Source: Amphiscolops sp. MND2022 | Lineage: Eukaryota | Length of the DNA: 64,000 nt | Reading direction: 5' to 3' | Assembly (NCBI GenBank): GCA_964187785.1 | Contig: OZ076409.1 | Span: forward strand, 21,268,001 to 21,332,000 | Part shown: positions 38,266-49,660 of the stretch, piece after piece | Layout: each line of letters begins with the position of its first letter | How positions within the stretch are numbered: position 1 is the first letter of the stretch | Notes under the pieces: model-generated | Told to the model about the DNA's origin: nothing | What the model saw: only the letters and a program-made list of their open reading frames with translations | Databases searched by the model: none | Program-made: the position numbers and the translations under genes

Positions 38266-38309
38266 TTTAAACTACCGACAGCCGAGTATGCAGTAGCAGG
38301 CTCTACTCG
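38266..38309 (+). promoter_or_regulatory. Probable -1 ribosomal frameshift signal
   Basis: In-frame slippery heptamer T TTA AAC (38266-38272) followed by crossing stems AGCC/GGCT and GAGTA/TACTC. Confidence 0.65.
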
Positions 38310-38564
38310 CGCTTGGGATTCCATCCCTTCCCCAGCTGCTACAAATTTTCCACAAACAAATCAGCGTGTTCGTTCTAGATCTAGGAGTAACGATAGCCGT
38401 TTGCGACAGCGCAATCGCAGTAGGCGGATCGACCCCGAAACTTGGAAACAAATGTGTGATGAGTTTGGCCCGGGAGGTTTTTTCCCAAAAGAATCCCATA
38501 CCCCTGTTGTAAATGGTCCCCCCATACAAATTTTTTTTAGGATAAACAAGCTGAGCCTGGCTCT

Positions 38565-41453
38565 GTGAAAATTTTGTCCAAGAAAGAGCCAGAATTTCCA
38601 AATCAGGCCCGGTCGGATGAGGTAAAATCGAGAAAATTTACCCATAGTCAATACATTCCAGGGGCCACGCTTTTAATCCCCTATGAAGTCGAAAGCCTAC
38701 GCTGTTGGGCCATGATAGACACTGGTGCGAGTAGAAGTTTGATGAGTTTGGAATTGGCTAAGACTATTGGTAACCCAATAGCCCCCAATCCCAGCCGTTT
38801 AACAGGGCCAATAGCCAACGAGATGCCTACCAAAGGTATCGTAAAAGCAGAAGTTAAAATCGGAATGTGCGTCGCTTCCGATGAATTCGTGGTTGTGGAA
38901 GATCTCTACCCTGAGATCATGATTGGCTTAAAATTCATGATGGAAAATCAATGCTCGACTGACTTAGTCGAACAAAAACTAACGATCCCCAAAGATGATG
39001 GTTTCATCATCAAAGTACCCATGCAAGTCCTAAGCGGTCATGTTCCCCCGCCGGAAGATGACGCATTTGTTTGCGAAATGGTTTCCGGTCCTGACACAGT
39101 ATCAGCGGCCTCCGAAATAAACGAAAAACTCGAACAGGAAGTTGACGAAATTTTAAATTTAGCCACCCCTGGACTCGAGAATGCCGAAATAAAGGAAAAA
39201 TTGCGAGATTTGATTCGTGATTACAGAGATGTGTTTTCACTGCCTTCAGACCCGTTAGGAACCGCTGTAGGAGTAGAGCACCGCATAGACATAGGCGATG
39301 CAAAACCGTTCAAAATCGCGCCTTACAAAATTGCTCCGCACAAACTAGAAGCAGTTCGTGAAGAAATTCGCGAGATGCTTGAGAAAGGAGTGATCGTACC
39401 GAGTAAAAGTCCTTTCAGCAGCCCCATAGTAATGGTGCCTAAGAAAGACGGCTCCAACCGAGTGTGTATAGATTATCGAAAGTTGAATGACCTTACAGTA
39501 AAGGACGCGTATCCGTTGCCCCGGATCGGTCAAACGATTGAAGCACTGCAAGGGGCGGGAGTCTTCTCGTCTCTCGATTTAGCAAGTGGCTATTGGCAGA
39601 TTCCAGTCGCGGTCGAAGACCGGCACAAAACGGCATTTTGTACTCCGGATGGAGGGTTATATGAGTGTTTGAAAATGCCTTTTGGCTTAACGAACGCCCC
39701 GCCAACTTTCCAACGGAACATGAAAGACATTTTTAAAGAAGATCTATATAAACATGTGCTCATATTCCTAGATGATGTATTAACGTTTAGCAAAACTCCA
39801 GAAGAACATTTGGAGCATTCAGAAAAGGTGTTTATAGTTTTGCGCAAAGCCGGTTTACGTCTTAAACCGAAGAAATGCAACTTATTCCGCACCGAGGTCC
39901 ACTATCTAGGTCATGTGATTAACAAGGAAGGGATCCAACCGGATCCGAAAAAGTTAGCGGCTGTACGCGAATGGGAGCCTCCGATCGACGTCACCGGAGT
40001 TCGCTCATTTGTTGCCTTTTGCAACTATTATCGGAAGTTTGTCCAAAACTTCGCGGAAGTGGCTAGGCCACTTTATTTGTTGACGAGCAAAGGATTAAAA
40101 TTCACATGGACCGAAGAACATGACAAAGCGTTCCGAACGCTGAAGAAAAGATTGTTGGAAGCTCCAATTTTGGCATTTCCAAATTTTGAACTTCCGTTCA
40201 TTATTGATACCGATGCTAGCGATACGGCGCTCGGCGCAGTTTTGTCGCAAGTGATCGATGGGATAGAGTATCCAATTGCCTTTGAGTCGCGAGTTCTAAC
40301 TAAAACGGAGGTAAATTATGCAACAACCAAAAGAGAAGCGCTAGGTGTAGTTCAAGCCGTCCAGTGGTTCAGACCGTACATTTACGGATCCAAATGTATT
40401 ATTCGCACAGATCATGCAAGTCTTCAATGGTTGTTTAGGCAAAATTCGGATGGAATGACTTTTCGAATGGTTCAGAAACTTCAGGAGTATGACTATCAAA
40501 TAGTACATCGTCCAGGTGATAAACATTGTAATGCGGACGGCCTTAGTCGACGACCGAATGACGTACCCCAATGGCTCCCCGGCGAAGAAGATGCGTTAAG
40601 GGGACCGATTCCCGAATTCACCGAATTTGATAGTGCTTTGTTTGAAGCCGAACGCGATCTTCGAGCCGCCCGAACCAAAGCTCGTGAGAAATTGGAAAAC
40701 TCAGAGGATGTAGCTCGGCATTTGAAAATGCAAAATTCTCACCCACCTAGAGAGGTAGTCCGTTATCGAGAAGGGGATTTTTTCGAATCCCCCGATTCCT
40801 TAGTTTTGTGTGTATCTGCCGACATGAGAGTAGCCACTACTCCCATGAAGTCGTTTGTGAAAACGTATTCGTATCTACCCCCTCTTGCTGAGTCGGTAAA
40901 TCGTGTTGGAGGTTTTATAGTGTACCAAGATGTTGAAAAAGGACGTTATGTGTACATATTGATCACCAAGCATTGTAAAGGAGAAGTTGCCAAATACCAT
41001 GTATTAAAAGAAAGTCTATTGAGAGTGAAAGAACATGCTAGTTCCCACGGAGTTTCCAAACTTGCAATGCCTAGAAAAGGTTGCGTCGACGACGAACTAG
41101 AATGGGTGAATGTAGCTGTTTGTCTAGAGGTTGTGTTTCAAGATTCGTATTTCACGATCTCTGTGTATACACCGAGAGACCAAGAGCAATTGTACCCCTC
41201 GACTTCGGCAAGACGAGGTACCTCGCGTTCATCAAGTGTAGATTCCGCCTGTTCCGTTGTCACCCCTGAGGAAATGTTAGTATCAGAGCAAGTGGGGGGG
41301 CATATCTCATGGACTGGATCAGACAGTGACGTAGCGTATGGTCAGAGAATGGATCGTAGTGTGGGACTACTATTCCGTGAAATGGTTAGACGTGGAATTC
41401 GGATAGATGGTACATTAGAAGATTTAGGGCCAAACCCCATCCCCCGAAAGTAA
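38565..41453 (+). CDS. pol: Pol: aspartic protease, RT, RNase H and macrodomain
   Basis: IDTGAS; SLDLASGYWQ, MPFGLTNAP, FLDD; TDAS..E..TDH..NADGLSR. Confidence 0.95.
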   Translation: MKILSKKEPEFPNQARSDEVKSRKFTHSQYIPGATLLIPYEVESLRCWAMIDTGASRSLMSLELAKTIGNPIAPNPSRLTGPIANEMPTKGIVKAEVKIGMCVASDEFVVVEDLYPEIMIGLKFMMENQCSTDLVEQKLTIPKDDGFIIKVPMQVLSGHVPPPEDDAFVCEMVSGPDTVSAASEINEKLEQEVDEILNLATPGLENAEIKEKLRDLIRDYRDVFSLPSDPLGTAVGVEHRIDIGDAKPFKIAPYKIAPHKLEAVREEIREMLEKGVIVPSKSPFSSPIVMVPKKDGSNRVCIDYRKLNDLTVKDAYPLPRIGQTIEALQGAGVFSSLDLASGYWQIPVAVEDRHKTAFCTPDGGLYECLKMPFGLTNAPPTFQRNMKDIFKEDLYKHVLIFLDDVLTFSKTPEEHLEHSEKVFIVLRKAGLRLKPKKCNLFRTEVHYLGHVINKEGIQPDPKKLAAVREWEPPIDVTGVRSFVAFCNYYRKFVQNFAEVARPLYLLTSKGLKFTWTEEHDKAFRTLKKRLLEAPILAFPNFELPFIIDTDASDTALGAVLSQVIDGIEYPIAFESRVLTKTEVNYATTKREALGVVQAVQWFRPYIYGSKCIIRTDHASLQWLFRQNSDGMTFRMVQKLQEYDYQIVHRPGDKHCNADGLSRRPNDVPQWLPGEEDALRGPIPEFTEFDSALFEAERDLRAARTKAREKLENSEDVARHLKMQNSHPPREVVRYREGDFFESPDSLVLCVSADMRVATTPMKSFVKTYSYLPPLAESVNRVGGFIVYQDVEKGRYVYILITKHCKGEVAKYHVLKESLLRVKEHASSHGVSKLAMPRKGCVDDELEWVNVAVCLEVVFQDSYFTISVYTPRDQEQLYPSTSARRGTSRSSSVDSACSVVTPEEMLVSEQVGGHISWTGSDSDVAYGQRMDRSVGLLFREMVRRGIRIDGTLEDLGPNPIPRK
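40755..41170 (+). CDS. TARG1/OARD1 (Poa1p-like) macrodomain within Pol
   Basis: YREGDFF..SLVLCVSAD..RYVYILITK..YHVLKESL..HASSHGVSKLAMPRKGCVDDELEWVNV..LEVVF..ISVY parallels TARG1 GDLF..HCISED..YYLITK..LSMPRIGCGLDRLQW..IEEVF..ITVY. Confidence 0.88.
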
Positions 41454-43089
41454 CATTAGAATGGAGTTGTCCAGAAGCGTTAGAACTTTGGAGTAATTGG
41501 GATCAGCTAGCGCTGGCCAATCGAGTCCTTTATCGAAAATGGAAACCTAGCAATCGTGAACGTGAAATATGGCAGGCTGTAGTTCCTTCGACTATGAGAG
41601 CCGAAGTGTTACACCAGTTACATGACTCCCCTCTTAGTGGAGGTCATTTTGCAGCCGAGAAAACGTTATCAAGGATAAAACAGAGATTTTGGTGGCCTGG
41701 TCTCAGGTCAAGTGTAGAAAAGTACATTGCAAAATGCACGCGTTGCGCGGCTAGATCAACGGCGGGAAAAGGTCGAAAAGCTAATTTGCAAACAATTGAA
41801 GCAAAGGCGCCGTTTCATATTGTCGCAGCAGATATCTTGGGACCCGTAACGCTAGCGAAAAAGTCACAGGCGCGATACATTTTAGTCATATTGGATTTGT
41901 ATACAAAGTATGCGGTTGCCGTTCCTTTGAAAGACATGACGGCTGGCTAAGACGGTGGCCACGACTTTAGTCGAAGAGTGGATTTTGAAATTTGGGGCTC
42001 CCGATACTTTACATACGGATCAAGGAACTAACTTCAACAGCGAAGTAATGAAAGATATTTGCCAAGTTTTCATGATCGATAAAACTAGGACTTCTCCATA
42101 CCATCCCCAAGGAAATGGTCAAGTAGAAAAATTCAATAGAGTGATTGCCGATACTATTTCTAAGTATTACGCCGAAAAACCGCAGGAGTGGGATCTCTAC
42201 TTACCCCACGTCAATTTTGTGTACAATACCACCGTACACAAGACTCTCGGTACGACCCCGTTCTCGATGCTGTACGGGAGAGAAGCACAATTTCCGATCG
42301 ATTTGTTCTACCCGAAACCTCCTGGCGACCCCCGTTTAGAATTAGGTAGGAGCTGAGTTGAGTGATAAACTATTCGAAGTACATAGTCATGCGCAACTGA
42401 CTATGGGGAAAGAACAACGTCGTCAGAAGGATTATTATCAGAAAAAGGTCCATGGAAAAAGTTTTAAAATAGGAGACCGAGTGTGGTTATTCGAGCCATA
42501 CAAAGCGAAATCCCGAAAATTCCATCTCCCTTGGCACGGTCCATACGAAGTATTGAGTCAGACAAGTGAAGTGAACTATCAGATTTGCAAGCCAGGTTGC
42601 CCGGAAAAGTGGCAAAATATCCATTTTAATCGTCTTAAACCGTATCTTGGCGAATCCCTCCCGAAACGATCCGAACGAGTGGCGACAAAAACGCTACCGA
42701 GTTATGAAGAAGTCGCAGATGAATCCGATTCATCCGACCAAGAGACCGAAAATAGACCGTATCATGTGTTCCGCCCTACTTCGGCGGAAATCCAAGCCAA
42801 TAAAAACCGGCCGCACGTGTCATTTCATGACGTTCCCCGCGTGATAAGCGCCGAAAACGACGAAGAGGTTTCTCTGATTAATCGTCCCTTGTTTATAGAT
42901 GCCCCCGAACCGTCAAAGGAATCATCATTTCCTGTTTATGAAGAAATAAACGAGAGTAGAAATACCCCGCCATCTTCAGATGAGGACAACGAAAGTGACC
43001 GATCAGATTCGCTGATGATAGAAACGACACGGAATCGTCGACCGCCAGGGCGCTTTTGCATAGACGAGTACGTGGTAAAGCCAAAATAA
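41454..43089 (+). pseudogene. Integrase (HHCC, D-D-E, GPY/F) broken by stops and frameshifts, with an acidic tail
   Basis: HDS..GGH..CTRC; ADILGP; HTDQG; QVEKFN; WHGPYEV. Confidence 0.92.
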
Positions 43090-44587
43090 CATTAATGTCT
43101 TCGGGTGATGGTCAGGTGAGTTGAATCATCCGAAGTAGCGAAGCTCATCATTCGTTTAGCCGTTCGCGAGCATGACTAATTGAATGAACTGTAAGCTCGG
43201 ATAGTCAATCAGGATGTGATGAGTTCGAAACGTAGTGTCATCCGTGTCGCTACCGGCTCTCCTTCATTTAGTTTGCCTTAACCTAATTACCTCAGTCAGT
43301 AGAATTGAAAAATTGTAGTAATCGCCCCTACAATCAATTCGAATGACTTTTTAAAAAATTATTACCGTATTTAACCTCTATCTGTGTTTCGTGTTGTCGG
43401 AAAAAATTTTTTCCATGCTTGAATAATTCGACTCGCTAGTATAGTCGAAAGATAATGCAAATGTAGTATTTGTGTTGACGTAATCGGGTACCGGCGTGAA
43501 AAGTAAGAATTCGTTTGGAACCAGCGTTGAGGATTGTCCGCCTAGGTTCGCGCGAATGACCTTTCGTAACTACGAAATCGCAGAAATGACATGTCAAAAC
43601 AATATCGCTAACCAAGTCTCGGTATGTTATCTGAAGAAGATCCAGAAGAGAGACTATCCCCTCTTCCTGAAAATATTTGAGTTCCAGTCGTACCCAGTTT
43701 CGGACACGAAAGATTTGCTAAGGGGGATTGCAAGTTTATTCCGTTGTACTGACTCTGTAACCTGCCTCAGGTAAATTCAGCGAAGTAGTCTGCTTCTCTT
43801 CGACTACTATTCAGAAAAGTGAAAGTATTCTTTTTCAGTAATGTATCACAATTTTGGGTGTGTTAATATTGTTTGGAATGTTATATATGCCGGCCAAAAG
43901 AACAAACAACAACTTTGCTGATCCTGGAGAAAGAAGTGTGTTTCGACCTCAGCAACAAGACGACAATGTGTCACGAGATGATCCGAATGTTAATTTTGTG
44001 TGGATGAAGCCTATCAGCGCGATTACAGAACCCTACACGTGAGACGAACCTTTTCACAATGATAAATTGTACCAAGATTAAATCTGCATCCGTCAAATCC
44101 CTCCCTATATTTATTTGCCCCAAAGAAAAGCTCAAAAACTATTTTTTCCTTGCTTGGACAGAAAATTAAAGTAAATAATTAAATAATAAATTCTCGGGAA
44201 TGAATTAAGAAATCCAGTCAGTAAGAATTTAAATTATAAAAAACGAAGAGAGAAGTTGTTTTTAAGTAAGTCACCCTTCCTGTTCCAAAAACTTACAGTG
44301 GATTGAAAAAGATGAAAATTGTGATAAAGAATGAAAATTTTGATGAATTTAATGTATTTTAAGGAATAAAGTGATTTTGTCTTTAATTAGGAGGATTGTT
44401 AATAGAGTGTGAGTGATTTTATATTGTTATCATTGTATTTCAAGCACTTGTTTACAAAATAAAAGAGATTAAGTTGACGAAACAAGGCTACATTACAACC
44501 TGACTGGACTACGAATTAACGAATCAGAACGCCCCTACTAAAGGAATAAAATTTGAATAAACCAACTACTCAGGAGAGTAGTAGTCC

Positions 44588-44600
44588 AAGTGGGGGGGAA
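44588..44600 (+). promoter_or_regulatory. Polypurine tract
   Basis: AAGTGGGGGGGAA directly before the 3' LTR. Confidence 0.85.
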
Positions 44601-47600
44601 TGTAGGATTTTTGACTTTTCGCTCATGTTATGGTGTTTATTAAATTTTATTTCATCAGCAAGGTAGATTTTCCGGGGCTGATATCGTATAAAAGTAAAGA
44701 TTACAACAAGTACTTCAAGTACCTCGCACTATTGTTTAATGTCAATAATATTGTCTTTAGCCCCGCGGACAACCAAAATAACCATTCTTAGCTGCAATGA
44801 AGCGGCCGCGCAACGTAATAATGCAGTAATACGGCCGCCAGCACTCAGAACTATGTATGAAAATTCTAATCGAAAAGAAACTTTGACATCGAATTTCTCG
44901 GCAACTATTACTAATACAAGAAAAATTAAACCATCGAAATGTTCCTATTTGACCTGAATACGTGTTGGGTAAACATTTAAGAACTTTAAACCAAAGTATT
45001 CCCACAAAAATTGAACCTAAAGTCATCATTGACTGAGAATAGAGATTTAGCCAAATTGCTATGTTAATACATGTGTTTGAGGGTAAGCGAGAGTGAAAAC
45101 TCCGCCGTGTGCGTGAATAGCATAGAATGCAACTCAGCTAAGGGTGTCAGAAAGCGAAAGGAATGAAACTAAGAACGCGTTGTGAGTGGCTGTACGCATA
45201 GCTAATAAGAAAACGGCCGCCGCACACTTTGGAATTATCCCCTCTCTTAATGCAAACTAAAAATCAAAACTCGATTTCTCAAAGATGAAAAAAGATAGCA
45301 ACAAACGGTTTTCAGCATTGGAAAGCCCATCCATAGGAGAGCTTAAGTTGAGAACATGAGCGTTGTGCGACCCCGGGAACATATTAGGGGGGAGCTTTGA
45401 ATATAAGTGCGTATAAAAATTTGACGATTTTCCAAAAATGAGTTTCCTTTAAAAATTTCGTGTGACCGCTACAGTTGTCAGAAAATGTTCGGATATAGCT
45501 TAAATTAAAGATAAATGAATGCCCTAACTTGTGTTAATTGGAAAACAAATAATATTCAGTAGTTTTGGAGAACTGAGCCAGCAAACGTTAAAAACAGCCC
45601 TAAAATGGCCTAAAAAGCCGTTTTTCGCATGTTATCGCTTAGTACTCAACGAGTAAGCGAACAATAGCCGCCCCCTTCACAGCGTACTGGCGAAATGAAG
45701 TGGAGGAGTGAATAGAATAATAAATAGAGTGCTGCGGCGCGCTAGCGAAAAACCCCCAAGAATTTAAAGTAGTGAATTTTTGTTGCTCGTACTGAAATCG
45801 ACTTACCAAAATGCTAACCCCCCCGCACGTTTTGAGCGATATCGAGCTGAAACTTTCAGGGTAGACGCACAAGAGTCTGGCGCACAGCGTTTAGCAGGAG
45901 CGTTTTTCCGAAAAATGACCTGGTGTTGAGATATTGACCTCTAAAGTTGGAGGTCAGGTCACGAAAAATCGAAAAATGACCCCTTTCAGAAAAAGCGTTA
46001 CCAAATTTTGTTGAATCAAGCTAGAGACCTCATCTAAAGTGCAAAATACTCCCAATGGCTTTGGCTAACGATGTATATATGCCCTCAGCCTGTATCTTTC
46101 AAATTGATTGAGTACTAGCACTCCAAAGTTGAGATCTGCGTGAAAACCGACGGGTGATTTTTGACTACCAAACTTTAAAGGCGTTTTTCACCATGAAGAC
46201 GTTGAAATAAAAAGAAAACCATGGAATAAGCTTTTGTAGCCCTTGAATTGTTTTTTAAAATGGTTCTTGGTTTCAGCCCCCCGTGATCGGAATACCTAGT
46301 TTTTGCCCTTAGAAGTTGTAACACGAAAATCGACTTTTTTAGAAACGAATTAAAATCGCCTTTTAGGTCATTGTAAATTGTCGGAAATTGTTTCTTTCAG
46401 CCATTTTTAGCTGAAGAGAGTTGTCAGGAACCGCGTGAGAAAAAGAGACCTGGCAAAAGGTGCAAATGTCAATCAGTAAGCCGAAGTTCAAGTCGTGCTT
46501 ATAAAAGTGGGAAACACTGAGTCAGTAGCACCACCCCTTAAATTCTATTGAAAACGAAGTAAAACCATCAGTCATGATTGACAAGGAGGTGGAACTAGGA
46601 CCGACTCGTGCTGAGAAAATGTACTTCTAATGAACTTTCAGTACCGAAGTAGGAAAAAACTGTATTGCTCAACACTTAGTCAGAACCCGAAAAGGGAAAG
46701 ATGATAAACTATGAATAATGATATGACTAAACTGCCGAAAAAGTAACTTAGGCCGAAGTGTGTGCCATTTTAGCGACACACAAAGTGAGTTGAAAACTAG
46801 AGAACGGTTTGCTGCTTTGCGTCCGATAGCATCCCGCATCAGACGCCGGACTATCGAAATTGCAGATTTACTTCGTCTGGCCGGTTAGCCCGTGCCTTCA
46901 GCCTAACAACCTGAAGTTGCTTGATTTGTTGCTACCCCGCTCTTCGCTAGTACGGATTTCGACCCGGGAGTAGGGTGGACTGCTGGTCTATCGTATTACA
47001 TGTAAAAGAGCCTAAGTGGGCTGATAATACACGGTTGAGCCTAAGTGGGCTGATAATACACAGTTGAGCCTAAGTGGGCTGATAATACACGGTTGAGCCT
47101 AAGTGGGCTGATAATACACGGTTGAGCGTAAGTGGGCTGATAATACAAGGATTGTTGTTTTTTTCACTCCAAGACCGATAGAGATTTTGCGGCGAGTTGA
47201 TTCTTCCGATATCTTCGATATCACCCCCATCCTTACGGATACAAAAACTTAACCTTGCTGAAATTCTTGTATACTGTTCTCTTGTGTTATATGCCTCCTA
47301 ATATGACTCCTAATATACTCAGTAATATTCTCCGCTATTATCGATGTTATTATATTATTCATTCTATTATTCGTGGATGTGAAATTGTATTTGTGTCTAT
47401 TACTCGACTTATTTATTTGATGTATAGTAATTAAAGTTCAACCTGCTTCTTTTCATCAGCGAAAAGATAATTTCAAAACAGTCCAAGAGTAGCGAGACAA
47501 ACCCCTGAAGGAGGGAAAAATAGCAAAGTTGTAAAGATCGTGATTTCTTTGTCACACTTACCCCCACCGCCTTCGATTAAGTTGATTCGTCTCTTCTTCG

Positions 47601-47731
47601 GAGTTAATAAAAATTTATGTAGATACTCAGCCAGTCCTTGTCTCGTGCATGGTACCTACGGGTTTAATTGAGTTGTAGTGGAGCTATTCTCAACAAATAG
47701 TTAAAGCTACTGGAAAACTAAAAATCTTACG
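44601..47731 (+). repeat. 3' LTR (terminal CA mutated to CG)
   Basis: Colinear with the 5' LTR, with scattered substitutions. Confidence 0.95.
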
Positions 47732-47971
47732 TTTTTTCTATGTATATTTTTTAAATGCTGGAATAGAGAGCCGTTTTCCGCCGAACGGGAAAAATTTTTT
47801 GTTGGGACACAAAGTGCACGTAACTTTGACATTGTTGTTCTTCGTGAAGTACGACCAAATTAATGACTTGTCACCCATATCTGCAATTGTTTGTAACCTG
47901 GGTAAAAATACAATAATCCCTGTTAAAAGCTGTTTAGGTATGGCGTACGTAGTGAAAACTTTGTATAAATA

Positions 47972-49075
47972 CAGTGTAGAACGCTGAACGTTTGCAAAAC
48001 GATCATCATTTTTGTTTTCCAAAATCAGCGTGCTTTCAGCATCTCGATTTTGATTGGCTAAACGAACAAAGTGAACATTCAAGTTTCCCAAAATAGACAT
48101 TCAAAATTACCGTAGGTTTGCAATAAGCATAAGGTGTTTTATTACCTTGCCAAATTAAACAAAAAAGCCTCCAAAAAAAAAGAACATTAGTTCAAGAAAG
48201 AAAGCGCATTTGCGATGCTCATATGAGACGTGAAGACGCTGAAGAAAACACTGTCAAAGCAATGATTCGTACAATTTCTGCAACAAATGGTAAATTATCT
48301 GTGAAAGAAGGTGAATCAGATAATATTAAAGTTACTTCCGAAATTAAATCGAAAACTGGAGAAATTATTTCGGAAAATTGCACTCTAACTCTACCAGAGA
48401 TCAACGTCAGGCTCCAAAAAGAACTACCATTTGAAGAAAAATTTACGACAAAAATATTCGAACGAATCTTGAACGGTCTTTTTTATACAGTTAAAGATAC
48501 CGTAGTTCATCCTTATGAAGGAAATTGCCGAAGAACAAAAGCTGCCCGCGAAGAATACGCTGATTTTTTTCTTGAAACAAGAAATTTGACTACTCATCAT
48601 AATTTACTGACGAAAAAAGATTTAATGTCTGCACAAATTGAAGAAAAGGTCCTTCGTTTCTTTTTGACAACGCGCTGTGTCATAATGTAGATTTCAATTA
48701 CCTACCGGATCATAATAATATGCAAAAATTGCCACCATGGTCGCTAATGCTAAACCCTTTCGAAAAAGTTTTTGCAATTTGGAAATTTGAAACTAAACGA
48801 AATCTTGCCGAGGCCGATGTAAGGAATGATACAATGGCGAAAAACATTTTGAAGAGGGAAGGCCTGATTGCTCTGGCAGTCATAAATCCAGCAAAATGTT
48901 GGCAATTTTATAAGCACTCATTATTGTTCCTTTACAAAGCAATCCGTGAAATTGATTTGTAAAATTGTATGTCGATTTTTTAAATTTGAATGTCTATTTA
49001 ATGAATTCAAGCTTTCATCCGCTTGGCTCAGGAATTTTGAAATATCATTTTGCAAATTCTCAGGGTCCTACACTG
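47972..49075 (+). mobile_element. Internally deleted IS630/Tc1-like element nested in the hAT 5' region
   Basis: TA-CAGTGTAG..TTTGCAAAA TIRs at both ends; LPPWSLMLNPFEKVFAIWK motif at 48720-48790. Confidence 0.85.
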
Positions 49076-49660
49076 TAATTCGCAGTGCAGACTGTTGAAC
49101 ACTTAAAATTGAGGCAGTGCGTGTTTAAATAAGGCGGGACGAAATTGATGGGCAAACGAAGCAAATAAAATTGTAAGCAATGAAAGCTTGAGTGAATGAA
49201 AGGATCTTCATCCAGACCCATTACAAAATAAATTTACTTGCATACGTCAACATCATGCAAGCACATAACAAAAATGTATTTGATTTTCACTTCAATAATA
49301 TAACTAAAAAATTTTTCGGTTAACCGGTTATGGATTTTTAACCTGTTGCGGACTTCATAACTGCCGACAGCCCTACTTGCAAGTAAATGTATTCCTTGCA
49401 AGAATCTTACAAAATTAATTTCTTGCAAATTCTCGCAAGGTCTTTGCAAGGAATGCATTTTAGGCAAGGACCTTTTAAGATTCTTTCAAGATCCTTGCCA
49501 GAAGCGCATTTTTCGCAATCAGGATAATTGCTCTATTCATAACAATCAAATAAATCAACTTTCCTTTTTTCTATCTTTCTTCCACAAACAATCTATATTT
49601 CCAAATATTTTCTGTGAACCTATTCAATAGGTCCTATTGTTCATCTCTGATGCAAGATAG

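Larger units (their letters stand above)
33660..47731 (+). mobile_element. Full-length Ty3/Gypsy LTR retrotransposon (14.07 kb), mutated
   Basis: Two 3131-bp LTRs, PBS, PPT, gag, domain order PR-RT-RH-macro-IN, and TTTTT flanks as TSD. Confidence 0.96.
33076..49375 (-). mobile_element. Internally deleted hAT transposon
   Basis: TIR CAGGGCTGTCGGCGGTCAT / ATAACTGCCGACAGCCCTA; 8-bp TSD CTTGCAAG (33068-33075, 49376-49383); BED finger start MGDKSLIWSYF..CTLC (47740-47878); hATC dimerisation motif LAR..AIPATSTTAERVFS (33350-33485). Confidence 0.92.
33004..49524. mobile_element. Small CCCTGG-type MITE (~220 bp without inserts) split by the hAT element
   Basis: Ends TA-CCCTGGTTG..AAAAA and TTTTTCGCAATCAGGA-TA; CTTGCAAG-type subrepeats on both sides; a related fragment lies at 50330-50510. 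Confidence 0.55.

Noticed and set aside
43496..44042. env-like extra ORF in the Gypsy 3' region
   Set aside because: Only short broken frames, with no signal peptide/furin/TM arrangement that I can support.
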